Shown here: positions 12,300 through 24,191 of the stretch, piece after piece
Position numbering within the stretch: position 1 is the stretch's first letter
Layout: the number at the start of each line of letters is the position of its first letter
DNA from: Eutreptiella sp. 'Long Island Sound 2002'
Lineage: Eukaryota; Protista; Euglenida
Length of the DNA: 64,000 nt
NCBI GenBank assembly: GCA_964036045.1
Contig: OZ038378.1
Coordinates: 175,708,001-175,772,000 of the forward strand
Direction: 5' to 3'
Translations under genes and position numbers: made by a program
The notes under the pieces: model-generated
Database searches by the model: none
What the model was told of the DNA's origin: nothing
What the model saw: only the letters and a program-made list of their open reading frames with translations

Positions 12300-14189
12300 C
12301 TTTCAGACCTCGAGGACGTGGATCGCATCAAAGGAGCAATGATTGTATGGTTGTAGTGCCAGTGCTCTGTCTCTGTTGTGGGTCCCGCAAGCAGTTGTGG
12401 ATTTCAGGAGAAATCAGGAAACAAAGCAAGGCTGTTTTAGTCTCTATTCCCTGAAGGAAATGGCTGATCAGTCCTTCACATGGACGTTGTCGCCACCTCC
12501 CACCAGGTGCCAGTAACAACACAAATTCGACGAAATTGACTGATTCAGATGTGTCTCTGTCTTGTTTGCGGTACCATCAGTACAACAGCCAGCGCCAGAA
12601 CTCTCCTTAAAATGCGTTCTTCAATCTTGCTCGTCCTTTGGATTTGCTCAGCCAACAACATCCCTGATCCCCCCCCCTTGCCCTGTCGACCTTCCCCTGA
12701 TTTCGCCTTCAGGTGGACGTTGTTCCTGCCTCCCAGGTGCCAGCAACGACTCAAGTTCAACGATGCTCAAATATGGGCAAGAGAGGTCCAGAAGCGCCAG
12801 TGCGGCTGCTGTATCTGCATTCTTCAGGGTGTCAGTAGTTCAAGAAGCTTAAGGAGGACCTTCTGTCACTAAATGAAATAATCCAGATTACAATTGGTTT
12901 TTTGGTTTCGGTTCACCACCACAAGTGCCAGTTCAGTGTTCTGCATCCACAGCACCCTGTATCCTCCGCCAATCATGCGTGCTGACACTCCCCACAGGCA
13001 CCTGCACAGACAATTAAACCACCGGCACAGGCACTTTCAGGGGCAGTCCGATAATCGTACTCACCTCTCAACAGGATCCATGTCAATGCACAAATACCTC
13101 AACGGCTTCCCAAATGCTCATCGCAAGCAAAATTTGCGAACAACAGTCGCGTCAGCCAACATGAAGGTGAGCTCAAACTGATTGCCTTTTTGCAGTACCA
13201 ACCGTTCGGGTTTTGTTTTGTTTGGGTCATGTCACCGTCAGACTACATTTTGCGACATGTTGAAACATAGCAGTGACCCAAAGACATGTATTTTGCATGC
13301 TGTGCACTTACGACGATGGCGCAATGCTGGACTGTTGGTTGCCTTTCCACTGTGCTGCTGTTCAAGCTGCAAGTGTTGCCTTGATGCTGAGAATCTGTCC
13401 ACCTCAAAGCACATTGCGAGTTGGGGCTGGTTCTTGATGCCGCCAGATGAGATTCATCGGGCAGGTAAGCCGTCATCACATGGCAGAAAGGCAACCACAT
13501 CAGATCAGGAGCCACTGAAATGCACGCCACTAAAATCGACGTGGATCAATACCAGTACAAATGTCCCATTGCCCTCCAGACACGATTTCAAAACCAGCGT
13601 TCACGATGTTCATGGTCATGGTTCATGGTCAGCCATGCAAGATGCCAATTGTAGCCCAGAAACAGTGCACCCAGCTCACGGTTTCTTCGAAGCATTGCAT
13701 GCTGCCATACACAATTTGTCAAGCCCAAACATTCAAACAGGCTCAAAAAAAAAAAGAGCGCCTGCAGCATGGGCCCTTGTTCGCTGCTCCCATTTGTTGC
13801 GTCTCAACGCTTCCAGCACATGATTAAAGAAACGATTCCCTGGACCCTACAATGGACGTCCTTGTACCAAAGCTGAGGGCCTAGCAGGAAGGACCCTATG
13901 AGCCCAAGAAACTCTATTCGCCTCAATGCTGGTGAATGACAGGATGCAGAATGTATCCATACAGTCGGGTAGAACACGCATTTTCAGGAGAAGAGAATGA
14001 TATGCAGAGCATCTCTGTTCGACTCTGGTCATTATGGAGCTTGAAACTGGTGACCAGCAGTAACACAGCATGGGACCTTGCAGAAAGTTGCTGCAACATT
14101 GCATTCCTGTCCCACCAGGAAGAAATTCCAGCTGAACTTTTCTTCTCTAAACTCTTTGTTCCTTGTTGCTGTTGTTGCGTCATTATTGC
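12300..14189 (-). pseudogene. Coding-like, stop/frameshift-broken continuation of the glycosyltransferase gene
   Basis: The frame stays open 88 codons past the TGA (includes HAVLLLVTSFKLHNDQSRTEML). Further coding-like pieces follow (GPGNRFFNHVLEALRRNKWEQRTRAHAAGALFFFEP; YLCIDMDPVER). A clean 63-nt GTGAGT...TGCAG intron lies at 13064-13002. Confidence 0.35.
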
Positions 14190-15437
14190 TCACCGTGGAG
14201 GCAACTGTGCTGTAATATTGCGGATCATTTTTTCTCTGAAGGTTCGGTTATAGGTGTGACTGAACAGGGCAGGATGCACCAGCAACTGAAGCTTGACGAG
14301 TCTCTGAATCGACTTCCCAGACCTCCAACCTGCCTCCTTCTCAGACGGCCTGATATTGGGCAACATGAATAGCCTCTCACAGTCCAGCGCTTCCCAAAGG
14401 CGGTTGTTTTCAATGTGCAGCTGGGCATTGTGCACCCACTTCGTCATGTTTTTCCCTAACATTGCATGCGGATCCTTGTCGACAAATGGGATACTGTATG
14501 AATCATCTTGAATCTGTTGGCATTTCACCAATTGGTCAGTTGCCAGGTATTGCTTTGCAGATGCAACAAATCCTGACTTGTAAAAGGCCCCGTATCTGTC
14601 GCCCTTTTCTCTGTTCATCCTCTCTTTCGGGGTACTGCGTTTGCGTGAACAGTGGTGATGCGTTGTAATGATGGTCTTGCACGGGTTGAGCACCAGTACA
14701 CCTGCACTCTTGAGCTCATAGATGACACGGTTCTCAGCTCCCCAAAGATTCTGTCGAAACTGCAACGTCTCCAGAAGTTTGCCAGGCAGCGGGCTGACGA
14801 ATGCAAATGCGTCATGTGATCCGTTGTAATCCTCACACTGTTGCCTCTCACTGCACTTTTGGTCAGATTTCGCCTGGGGATCTGGATGCCGGGAGAGTGC
14901 GTAGACCACATTTGGAGACAATTGTTGGAGGTGTTGCGTTGATGCATTGTCCCACTCAATATCAGTGTTTTGGATGATCACAATACTACCGGCAAAAGTG
15001 TTGGCCTGCCTTACCATCTCCGCATACGTTGGCTGCTTAGAAACCGGAATAACGTGTAATTTGTCGTGCTGAGGGAGACTTGGCCGAGTTTGATCTCCGT
15101 GCAACTCCAACAACAAGTGCACCGCATCAATATGAGGGTTGTGCAAATTTGCCGAAGTCGTTTGAAAGAGCTCCAAGCTTCTTGATTCAACCGACTCGTG
15201 ATAGTAAGAGGTCAACAAAATCACGTGCCTTCGAGCAACAAAAATCTCCTTGGGAGGCTCGAAACCGCCCACCACAGAAATGGCCTTATCATGTCCCATT
15301 CGCCGTCCTTCATGGGGTGCGGAGTGATTTTGTTGATTCGCACGGCCCATCAGCCGTTGATGGTAGATGTAAATATATGCCAGACTTGCACAGCAACATA
15401 GCAGCAACATAGCAGTGGTCCAGACAACCGAGGGCAT
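14190..15437 (-). CDS. Type II membrane GT-A-like glycosyltransferase (415 aa; 3' end may splice onward)
   Basis: Long ORF with an N-terminal hydrophobic anchor (VVWTTAMLLLCCCASLAYIYIY). Motifs NxHNPHIDAVHLL, QPTY, IIIQNTDI (DxD-like), YALSR, SHDAF, GAENR, NPC and HHH. Polypyrimidine tract and AG lie 23 nt upstream of the ATG. The stop overlaps a GTGAGC donor-like site. Confidence 0.8.
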   Translation of the reverse strand: MPSVVWTTAMLLLCCCASLAYIYIYHQRLMGRANQQNHSAPHEGRRMGHDKAISVVGGFEPPKEIFVARRHVILLTSYYHESVESRSLELFQTTSANLHNPHIDAVHLLLELHGDQTRPSLPQHDKLHVIPVSKQPTYAEMVRQANTFAGSIVIIQNTDIEWDNASTQHLQQLSPNVVYALSRHPDPQAKSDQKCSERQQCEDYNGSHDAFAFVSPLPGKLLETLQFRQNLWGAENRVIYELKSAGVLVLNPCKTIITTHHHCSRKRSTPKERMNREKGDRYGAFYKSGFVASAKQYLATDQLVKCQQIQDDSYSIPFVDKDPHAMLGKNMTKWVHNAQLHIENNRLWEALDCERLFMLPNIRPSEKEAGWRSGKSIQRLVKLQLLVHPALFSHTYNRTFREKMIRNITAQLPPR

Positions 15438-16291
15438 AATACATAACGCAAAGAGATTACCTTTAGACAGAAAAAAAAATTAGTGGATGCTCGGAAAGTG
15501 ACCAACCGCATGGCGAGTGGGGACCTTGGGAACCAGGCCAAGGACAAGAAGTGGTAGGAAGGGGGTACATTTGGAAACGGAGGTCATCGAGTCACTGTCG
15601 TTGCAGTGGACGTAGGGTGGGATGAGAGAGGTTTTGAAATACTCAGCAGGATCATACCATCATAACCGTTTATCGAAAGGGGGGGCGGGGACATGCTGTT
15701 TGGGTGGGTGGCCTACGCTGGTGCTTTGTCGAGAGCTAAATACAGTTGTGTATGGTGATTGGTGAGGGCTGTCAAGGCTTGTGATGGCTTGTGACGTATT
15801 GGTATTGTTGACGGTCTTGAGTGGTTGTTTGGGTATGGATGGTCATGAGGACTTGGCGAGCATTGTTAGGGCTGTAGAGGGCTGTGGAGGGTTGTGAAAG
15901 CTTAGCTGTGAAGGATTTTTGAGGGGTGCCCCGGCTATTTGAAGGCTGCTGACGGTGAAGATTGTGAAGTTTCGCCGAGAGTTGGTACGGATTGTTGAGG
16001 GGTTGTGGAAGGCAGTGGGCTCATGAGCCGTGGGCACCCCGTGTGCCCCACCCCCCAACCCCAGGGAGGCCCGAGGACGGTCATCATGTGACGGCAAGTC
16101 TTTTGGAACCCACCTCTGGTATGTCTTTTGTAGGATAGAGGTTTCCAGCAAGCTATGATTCATGCCACAAACACCAAAAAAAAAAAAAGAAACAAGAAAA
16201 AAAAAAGCAATGGTGCCTTGTGTGTGCATTGTGGCCTTACAAAAGGGATGGCCCCCCAGTGGGGTGCGGGGCTTAACATTAGATTCGGCGG

Positions 16292-16293
<2 letters not shown>

Positions 16294-16348
<55 letters not shown>
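16294..16348 (+). repeat. (GA)n microsatellite, ~27 units
   Basis: Perfect GA run. Confidence 0.98.
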
Positions 16349-16349
<1 letters not shown>

Positions 16350-19300
16350 AATGGTCGCTTCTTATTGACTGAATGCCCCCGCCATAAGCACTTTCAGCCC
16401 CTAGTCCAATAATGTGTGTCCTTCACACCGCGCCAGGGGGGATGGGGGGCATATATGCAGGGTTCTTGAGGAATGTAAAAGGCTGTGAAACGTTGTGAAC
16501 ACTTGTGGAGCCTGGCATGGAGTCTTTCACTTGGCAACCAATGCCCCTGCTCACAGGCAGTTGGAGTCCCCCCACATCAGTTTGCATTGTGAAAGAGCAG
16601 TGCACAGCAATGCTTACATTCAAACTCGTTCCGAATCATGAGGAGGGTTGTGCAGGATTCTGGCCAGGATGGCTGTGAATGGTTGATGAGGGCTGTTGAG
16701 GGCTCGCAGCAGTGAAGGATTATGAAGGTTTATTTAGGGGTCGCAGTTACTTGGAAGGTAGAACGGCATGGAAGACAAGTCATTCAGGGCACAAACAATC
16801 GCCAAGCAATGGCTACGTGACTGGGTTGCCGAACGTCCCTACAGTATGGTGGTCTACCACTGAAATCAGCGACCGGCCATGTCACACGGCAGACCCCCGG
16901 TGCGACCCTTATCAAGCGTTCACAACCCTGAAATCGGCACAAACTTTCGAAATACTCATCAACCCTTTTCCATCTTTCAAAGTCGCCCTCTCTCCAGTTG
17001 CAATAGCGCTATCCATGGAAAAGATAGATCAGGTAAACGAAAAGTGCGTCCCACACCTAGCTAGCCTTCACACTTCTGCAGCAACATCGTTTTACACTTG
17101 CACTGGCAGGCATACTACAGGCATACTACGCCACGCCTCCACAACTATGAACTTCAAACTCATATTCAGTGTTGTGTTTCATGCACATAAAAAGTCTCAC
17201 AAGCCCAAACCACCCACACCCACGCCTATATTGAACTCCGGAACAACACAGCTGTATCCAACAAACGTATGGATGCATTTACATACTTCAACTCACGCTT
17301 GATGGTGACTTCTTCACAGGCCAGATACAGCCACGCCTTGATCAGTCCAATAACTCGCCGACTTGGACATTCCCGTTTCATTAAGGAAAAGGTGGTGGGG
17401 CAGGGGCTGCCAAAGACCGAATCATTGCCGAGTTGCGCCGCCTCTCACTCTTTCTTGACCAAAAGCAGTTCTGCTGGCGTGCCCTAGTGCGCATGATCTA
17501 GCAGAGCCATGCAGCATCGGTGCCTTGGTGAAATACCGGGTTTGGTTGATAGCATTCACAACGCCATCACAGCCGGACGGCCGCAGAGCACTATACTGAT
17601 GCCCTCATGCCAGATCCACAGCCAAAAATGATGCACAAGAAGTGGAACTGCACTTATGGCGGCCAGCCCATGGAAACCAAAGACTGCACACCAGACATCG
17701 CTTCCTTTCAAAAAGACTATGCATGTTACTATTCTGCCAAGAGACATCATATGGCCTCAACAATGCTCAACATCCCTCGATACCCTTCCACAATTCTCAG
17801 ATGAAGGCTCCAAACAAAATTTGCAACTACAACGTGTTGTCCCAACTTGCCTTCAACTGAAATGACATGCCTTTCCACGCTTCAATGGAGCTTCCTTTGC
17901 CCTCTAAAGCTGCTTGGGCCTTAGATGTGATCGAGATGTGCAAGGCCCAAGAAATACAATTAAGTCAGTGGCGTAGACCTCCTCATAAATATGCTGTTGT
18001 GGCTTTAGGCTCGATGGTCATTACCACACTCTAGTTCAAGTAAATAGGTCAGAAAGCACACCACAAGGGATGGGGAGGATTTCCTCCCCGGCGTCTTGTT
18101 TTGTTGTTAACGGAGAGGCCTCGTTGTCGCATAGTCTGCACACTTTGGAAACTATCTATCTAGTTCTAGCCCCGAAACCTCGCCTGAACCAGGAAGGGCT
18201 GATGGGACTTGTGAAGGATGGGATAGGCCTTTAGGGTGCTATGCTGTATTCCTCCCAGAGCACCCGCCAAGCACCCGTCTGATTTTGCTGGAGAAGGCAA
18301 CGGCGGCTATATTCTAGTCCATCCTACAGAAAGGCTCGGCCTTCAATATGAACCAAATTGGGCCAGCAGATGTTAGATGCTTTTGGAGTTGTCACTTGTT
18401 GCGACAATCAACGCGAAATGTCTCTTGTGACCCGATATTGATGTACATCCGTTTCCTCCTGTTCACCATCTTTTTGATGTTGTTTGTGCTATTCACCATC
18501 TTTTTGATGCTTTTGAAGGGTAGAGAGGATTCTTTTTTGCAGTTACCGGGTGCCCAACCATCTCGTGTTTGGAATCACGTGTTTGGAACCAAGGTTTACG
18601 ATACCCCAAACCATGCACAACAATACATCCCAAAAGGCTCCTCATTGCACACCAATGGCGGCAGAAGTGTCAAGTAATTGAGGTTGCAAAGAGGGCTCAA
18701 CTCAAGCACTACCTCATCTCGGGAGGGGGGACCCTTACAACAAAATCGCCACAAGGGATATTTTGGAGCCGGTATGAACCACCCTCTCCAAATTCTACTT
18801 CTCTTGCCCATGATTTGAGGGTTGCTGTTGTGGCAGGTATGAGCGTGGCATAGAGGTGTGCGAGCACAAAGCTTGACTCGAATAGCGACGGCAAGGGGAC
18901 AGAGCCATGAAGCTATGTGTCCTTATCATCAACTATCTTCAGTCCAAACTAACTCTATCTTCCTCTTGTAGCTAGCACGTATTCATCCAAGTGATCAAGG
19001 GTAGGATCGTAGCAGGGTGGGGGACGCTAATTGGCCTAACCCCCCTTATCTTCAAGATGGCTAAAAGCATTTCGGTTAGGTTGGTGGGTGTGGAATGGGC
19101 ATGCCTCAAGTCAAAGAAGGCGATTTGAGCACTACAACTGCATGTTGCGTCCTAGCTGCACCCTCGAAACGTCCAAACCCCAAATATGGGCTAGTTTAGT
19201 CTATGTGTTGTCAACTCCACATACTCGCAAGCCGAGCAACCTCCCCGTGACAAGTGATGGTTTGTAACCACTAGCAATTTTGTTCAAACACTCTTCCACA

Positions 19301-19909
19301 AAAACCACATCACGATGTAAAGAAAAGCAACCACAAGTGCTCTCCAAACCGTCTTCGATGGTCTTCAAGGATTTATTTCCCAGCCCGTCCCTATTTTAAT
19401 GTAGCCTCGTAGTTCTACCCTGCACAAAGCAACAAAATGCGCGCAAAAAAAAGGCGAGGTGGCCAATGGCCTGCACACATGCGGCAAGGTGGACAAGTGA
19501 GAGGGTCCCCTCCAAACCCTCCGAGTCATGGAACGAGATTGTTCACCCCCTCTTCCATCCAAATTGCCCAAGGGGTAGCGATGGCCGGCGCACCAAGCTC
19601 GGTCAAAAAGGTGGCTCTGGCTCGCCATGAAACCACACATGTGTGGCAACGAACATGCCAAACAACCTTGTCGCTTTGCCCGCATCAGTTCGCGTCCATC
19701 TCTCTCGTTCGTGCAGCACGTAGTGAACGGATCGCTGATCTACGGTTGAAACCCCCTCCCTAGTTTGAACCATGGATTACGGATCACCTACCCCATCCGC
19801 CCCCCCGTTTCCCTACCCCTTGGTCCGCGGTTTTTCTTGACCACCAATGCGCACACGCGGACACTCCTAGGGGCTGAACAAGACACTCCTAGGGGCTTGG
19901 GAATTAGCT

Positions 19910-20070
19910 GCATGTCACACTAGGTCACTAGGTGCGTTTTGAAAAAAAAAAATTTCAAGATGAATTGGTGGTTCATTTCTTGGCTTTGTAGTTGCATGTC
20001 ACACTACGTCACCGGGTGCGCCTTGAACAATTTTTTTTTGAAGATGAATTGGTGGAATATTTCTTTGCTT
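19910..20070. repeat. ~84-bp tandem duplication
   Basis: 'gcatgtcacacta.gtcac..ggtgcg...tgaa...aagatgaattggtgg..atttct' occurs at 19910 and 19994. Confidence 0.85.
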
Positions 20071-23000
20071 CTTCGGTGCGCCACTAATTGGCAAAAAAAA
20101 ATTGTTGAATGTTTAAGCAAGGGACACAAAATTGATCCACAAGAGCATGTACATATAGTTGGAAGTGTAGTCATACACTTGGAGAATTGACGCGAAATGG
20201 TCCACAAATGATCCATGGATCACCTTTCCTCGAACCCCCCCCCCCCCCTTCAGCGCCCAACGTTTGGATCAAAATTACCTACCCCATAAACCCCCCCCCC
20301 TCCACTGCTTGCCGCACTTCATATATAAATTCCTCCGAGTGAATTTCAATGGCAAGCAAGCACGTGCAATCCCAACGGTCCCTAACGGTCCCAAGTAGTG
20401 ACCGAAAATACCCCCAAAACGTCCCTTGTGCAAGTTAGTTGGACCCGGTTTTCGACAAATCACATCGAGAACGACAATAGGACCAATCAAACGCAACTTG
20501 CTGGAATCGTAGCAAAAGGAAAGGGCAACTCGGGCCAAAAATGTCTGAGAGGGAGGCGGGTATGGTGGGTCAAATCTGGTTGAAGGGGCACGAAAGAACG
20601 AAGGATGGTGGGGCCTGGAATCTACACGGGCTCGCAAGGTGACCCAACATTGTCGGTCGTGGCGTCACGATGACGAGGACGATGAGCACGTCTAGGCTAC
20701 TCATCGAAGCGGGGGCGATCTTGCGCCGGTAGCGAGACATTGAGGACCGCGTGATAGGAGGCAAACGTGTGTCGTTATTTTGTGTTTTCGACATTTGAAT
20801 GAGTTGCACGGAATGAAGCCGAAGTGACTCCAATGGTACACCTTTCTTTGTAATGGGATCTCAACAATGTTGGTGACAATCATATCGGGCTGGCAATCCA
20901 CCGAGTATCTTGTTCCCATTTCGCCAACTTTTGCTAACAAGTGCCCCCTAATGTTTTCGATGTCCGTTTTAACCGACCTCCCATGTTCATCTAACCAACT
21001 AAAGTCTGTTACTTTTCACGAGGAGTGCCGCACAATCTCCGAATCCAAAACAACCTGTTTGAGGGCCACGTACGCTGATCTTTTTCTTTGGCCTCTTCGT
21101 GCCACCAAACTGTTCCTCAATTGTTCCTTTCGGCGTCAGATTGTGCTTGCAACTTTTGCATGGCTTCCATCGAGATCGTTTTAATGACAGCATTATGATC
21201 AGCTTGTTTTGCACACGTATCGCAATGGGTAGTCACAATGGGAGCGAAGTCGTCACTTATGCGGTTGAAGACAACGGGCAGTTTATCGTTGCGAGAGAAT
21301 TGCCCCAACGGTAACTTTAGGCCTTGGACTCGTGCGCCACATTCTAAGCACTCAAATTCACAAGGTTTCTCAGACATTGGATGAACCACCTAAGTGAAAC
21401 GTAGTCGCACTGCGGAGCACTGCGGAGCAAAGCATTACGAGAACACTTGTCCAAAATCTACACACACAATCAAATACAGACCAGCACATTCGATGGCAAG
21501 ACGTGGAGGTCTCTTCGTCGGAGAGAGTTTGTTGCACCATGAAATTGGTTGCCCGAACGTTTGTCCACGGGGTTTCCGACCCTAATACTAAAAGCAACGC
21601 TTGGTGCAAACAAGTGAAAAAGCCAAATTAGTCTTCAGTGGTACAGCAACCATCCCGATCCCTACGTTGGCTAGTGAAAGGCACGAGGAGGCACACAACG
21701 TTGATGAGGTGCCACCAGGATCAAAGCTTTTTGGCGCACAACAACTATGGGGAACTATGGGGAACTATGGGGATTTAGGTGAGAAAAGGACGAGAGCAAG
21801 TAGCGAGTGGTAGATAGAGTGGATTTTTGTGGCTATGGTTCAGAGCGTACATAACGCCTTGCTTGTGAGGGAGGCCATGTGTGAGCCTTCATGCCTTGGT
21901 CGGAAAGTAGATGCCGCCATCCACTCCGCCGGCAAACACCCATACCCGCTGCACGTTGGCCATATGCATATCTCAGGCCTCGAGACCCAAAGACCGACCA
22001 GTGCCGATCCAGTCCGGTGCACCCCTTGGCGGTGCGCGCATGCGGCAATCCCATGTGTTGCTGAACGAACGGACAGATGGGCAATGTTGGGGATATGAGC
22101 TCGTCGTGTCCCAAAAATTTCAGGTCTGAGTCACAGTCGTTGCCTGTGGAGGCCACTGTTTGGCCTCGACCCGGTTAAGTCTACAGCATCCACACCGTGG
22201 TTCGTTGACAGAGGAGTGAACGAAATGGTCTGTTGCTTTGGTGATGCGGGAACGATGCCATCATCATGCTCTTTCCCGTATCTCGTCAAGTGATGGCACT
22301 AGCTTCTTCATTTTAAACCGAAGATATACGGGGAAAACCTATAAAACTATGGCGACAAACGATCACTTCTAACAAGGAGTGACATTGAAGGCACGCAAAC
22401 TCCAAACTCTTGGAAACTCTTCGCGCTGCCAGGGCACGGCTCACCGCCCACGAGTGCTTGTGTATTGCTTGTTACATGGTGTGTGGCTCAAATGGGCAAT
22501 TTTTTTGTTCCCGAAAGCATGTGTCACATTGTACTTCACAAAGTGCTATGGGCGCAAGCCATTATTCCTTTGTTGCTTTCAACATCCTGCTTGCTTAAGT
22601 CCTGCTGACGAGGGTACCCAGGAATAGTATTGCAAATATTGGGAAATACCCAAATCCTGACCGCTACTCACTTCATTTCAGCTTCGTGCTATCGTGGGTA
22701 GTGGAGGAGGTAAGTGCCATTTGCGCGGGCGTATGGTAGCCTCAAGGAATTGCATATGCAATTGACGGAAAAGGCATCACGACATGTGCATATATGTTGC
22801 AACATATACATATATGTGTGTGTGTGTGTGTGTTGCATTTACCGCCTTGATTGTGAGCAAAAGGGTTTCTTTGCGGGTACAAGGAATCTCACTCGTCTGC
22901 GATTGCCGCGACTGTGGGCACCCCCAATGCGGTGTCATAAGCAACACTCGTGTCCTCAGCTTTTGCTACATTGGGTTATGCTCGGCCCTTGGTGAAAAAG

Positions 23001-24191
23001 CGGTCACTATGGCGGAGAATGATATCGAAGAGGTTGCGGTATGCACGGCACCCTAAACACAATGCTTCGCGTACATCGTGCGCATGCTACGTACCCGCCG
23101 TGTTGCACATGTGTTCCGGTTGCTAAGCGGTTGTCATCAACTTTTGTGTTGAACATGCTTGTGTTCGTTGCGTTACAAAGGACAACCATCGACAATCTAG
23201 AAGTTATTTGGTCAAACCTTTTTGTGTTGCTATTTGTTAAAATGGTACACGAGTCGAAAGGTGAATTGATTCTAGCAGCTAAAGTGCTTTTGTGATGAGC
23301 CACACAACGCTAGGATGCAACATATGTGACTCAATATTGTGAAGCGTTCATAGCAACACACGAAAGTTTAACACACCACAACATAACACCGCAACACAAA
23401 CAAAACAAAGCACACACGGCATTCAAAAAAGTGTCGCCGTTCGGGCTTCGAAGACTTGTATGGCTATGCGTTTTGGTGCGACTTTTGATCTTGAATTGGT
23501 AATTGAGCAATATTGTGTTGTCGAACCTGTGATTTTGTGAATCATTTTGGTTTGTGATGGTTGTCATTTGTTTTCTTGATACAAAACAATCCCCCGTTTC
23601 GGATTCTGCTGCATTTCACCGTACCGTGTTGTTTTGCCGATTGGGCTTCGGACAAGTCTTTTTTTCCTAACATTCCCCGGATGCCGTGTTTGGTCATATT
23701 TGCATGCACCACAATGACATGACATAACACGACACCAAACAATACAACACACCACACCACACCACACGACAACACAACGATGCACAACTTGCAATGGTTT
23801 CACATGTACGTGGTAGGCATGTTTATGCGTAAAAAAAAAAAGATGTGCTTGTGCGGCACCATTCGATTAGGAAGAATAAAAACACACAAGAATGGGTGGG
23901 TGATGCTTGACACAATTCGCGCGTCCCGATTAGTCCACGATCATTTCTAGGCAATTGTTGTTTGGTGCATGTTGTTAAATTACTTCACCCGCCAAGGCGC
24001 TCGTGGAAAATTGAGAGACCACGAGCCATGACTCATTACTTTATTGCTCGTGATTCGAGCAACTACAGTTGCAACAAAACTGTCATGTCACACCCCCCCC
24101 CCCCCACCGTTGCTAAACGTGTGTACATTTCGTACTCTTTCGAGAACCCTTTCGCTATAGTATACCACAGATTCGCACGATACGCAGACCC

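Noticed and set aside
16712-17865. Possible Harbinger/DDE_Tnp_4 remnant (CYYSAKRHH)
   Set aside because: Single weak motif with no supporting catalytic Asp context.
18700-19160. RT-like fragment on the minus strand (IAFFDLRHAH)
   Set aside because: One motif amid multiple stops, and spacing to any YxDD equivalent is unconvincing.
20700-21610. Cys/His-rich minus-strand fragments suggesting SWIM/MULE
   Set aside because: The motif is incomplete and fragmented, so it cannot be assigned.
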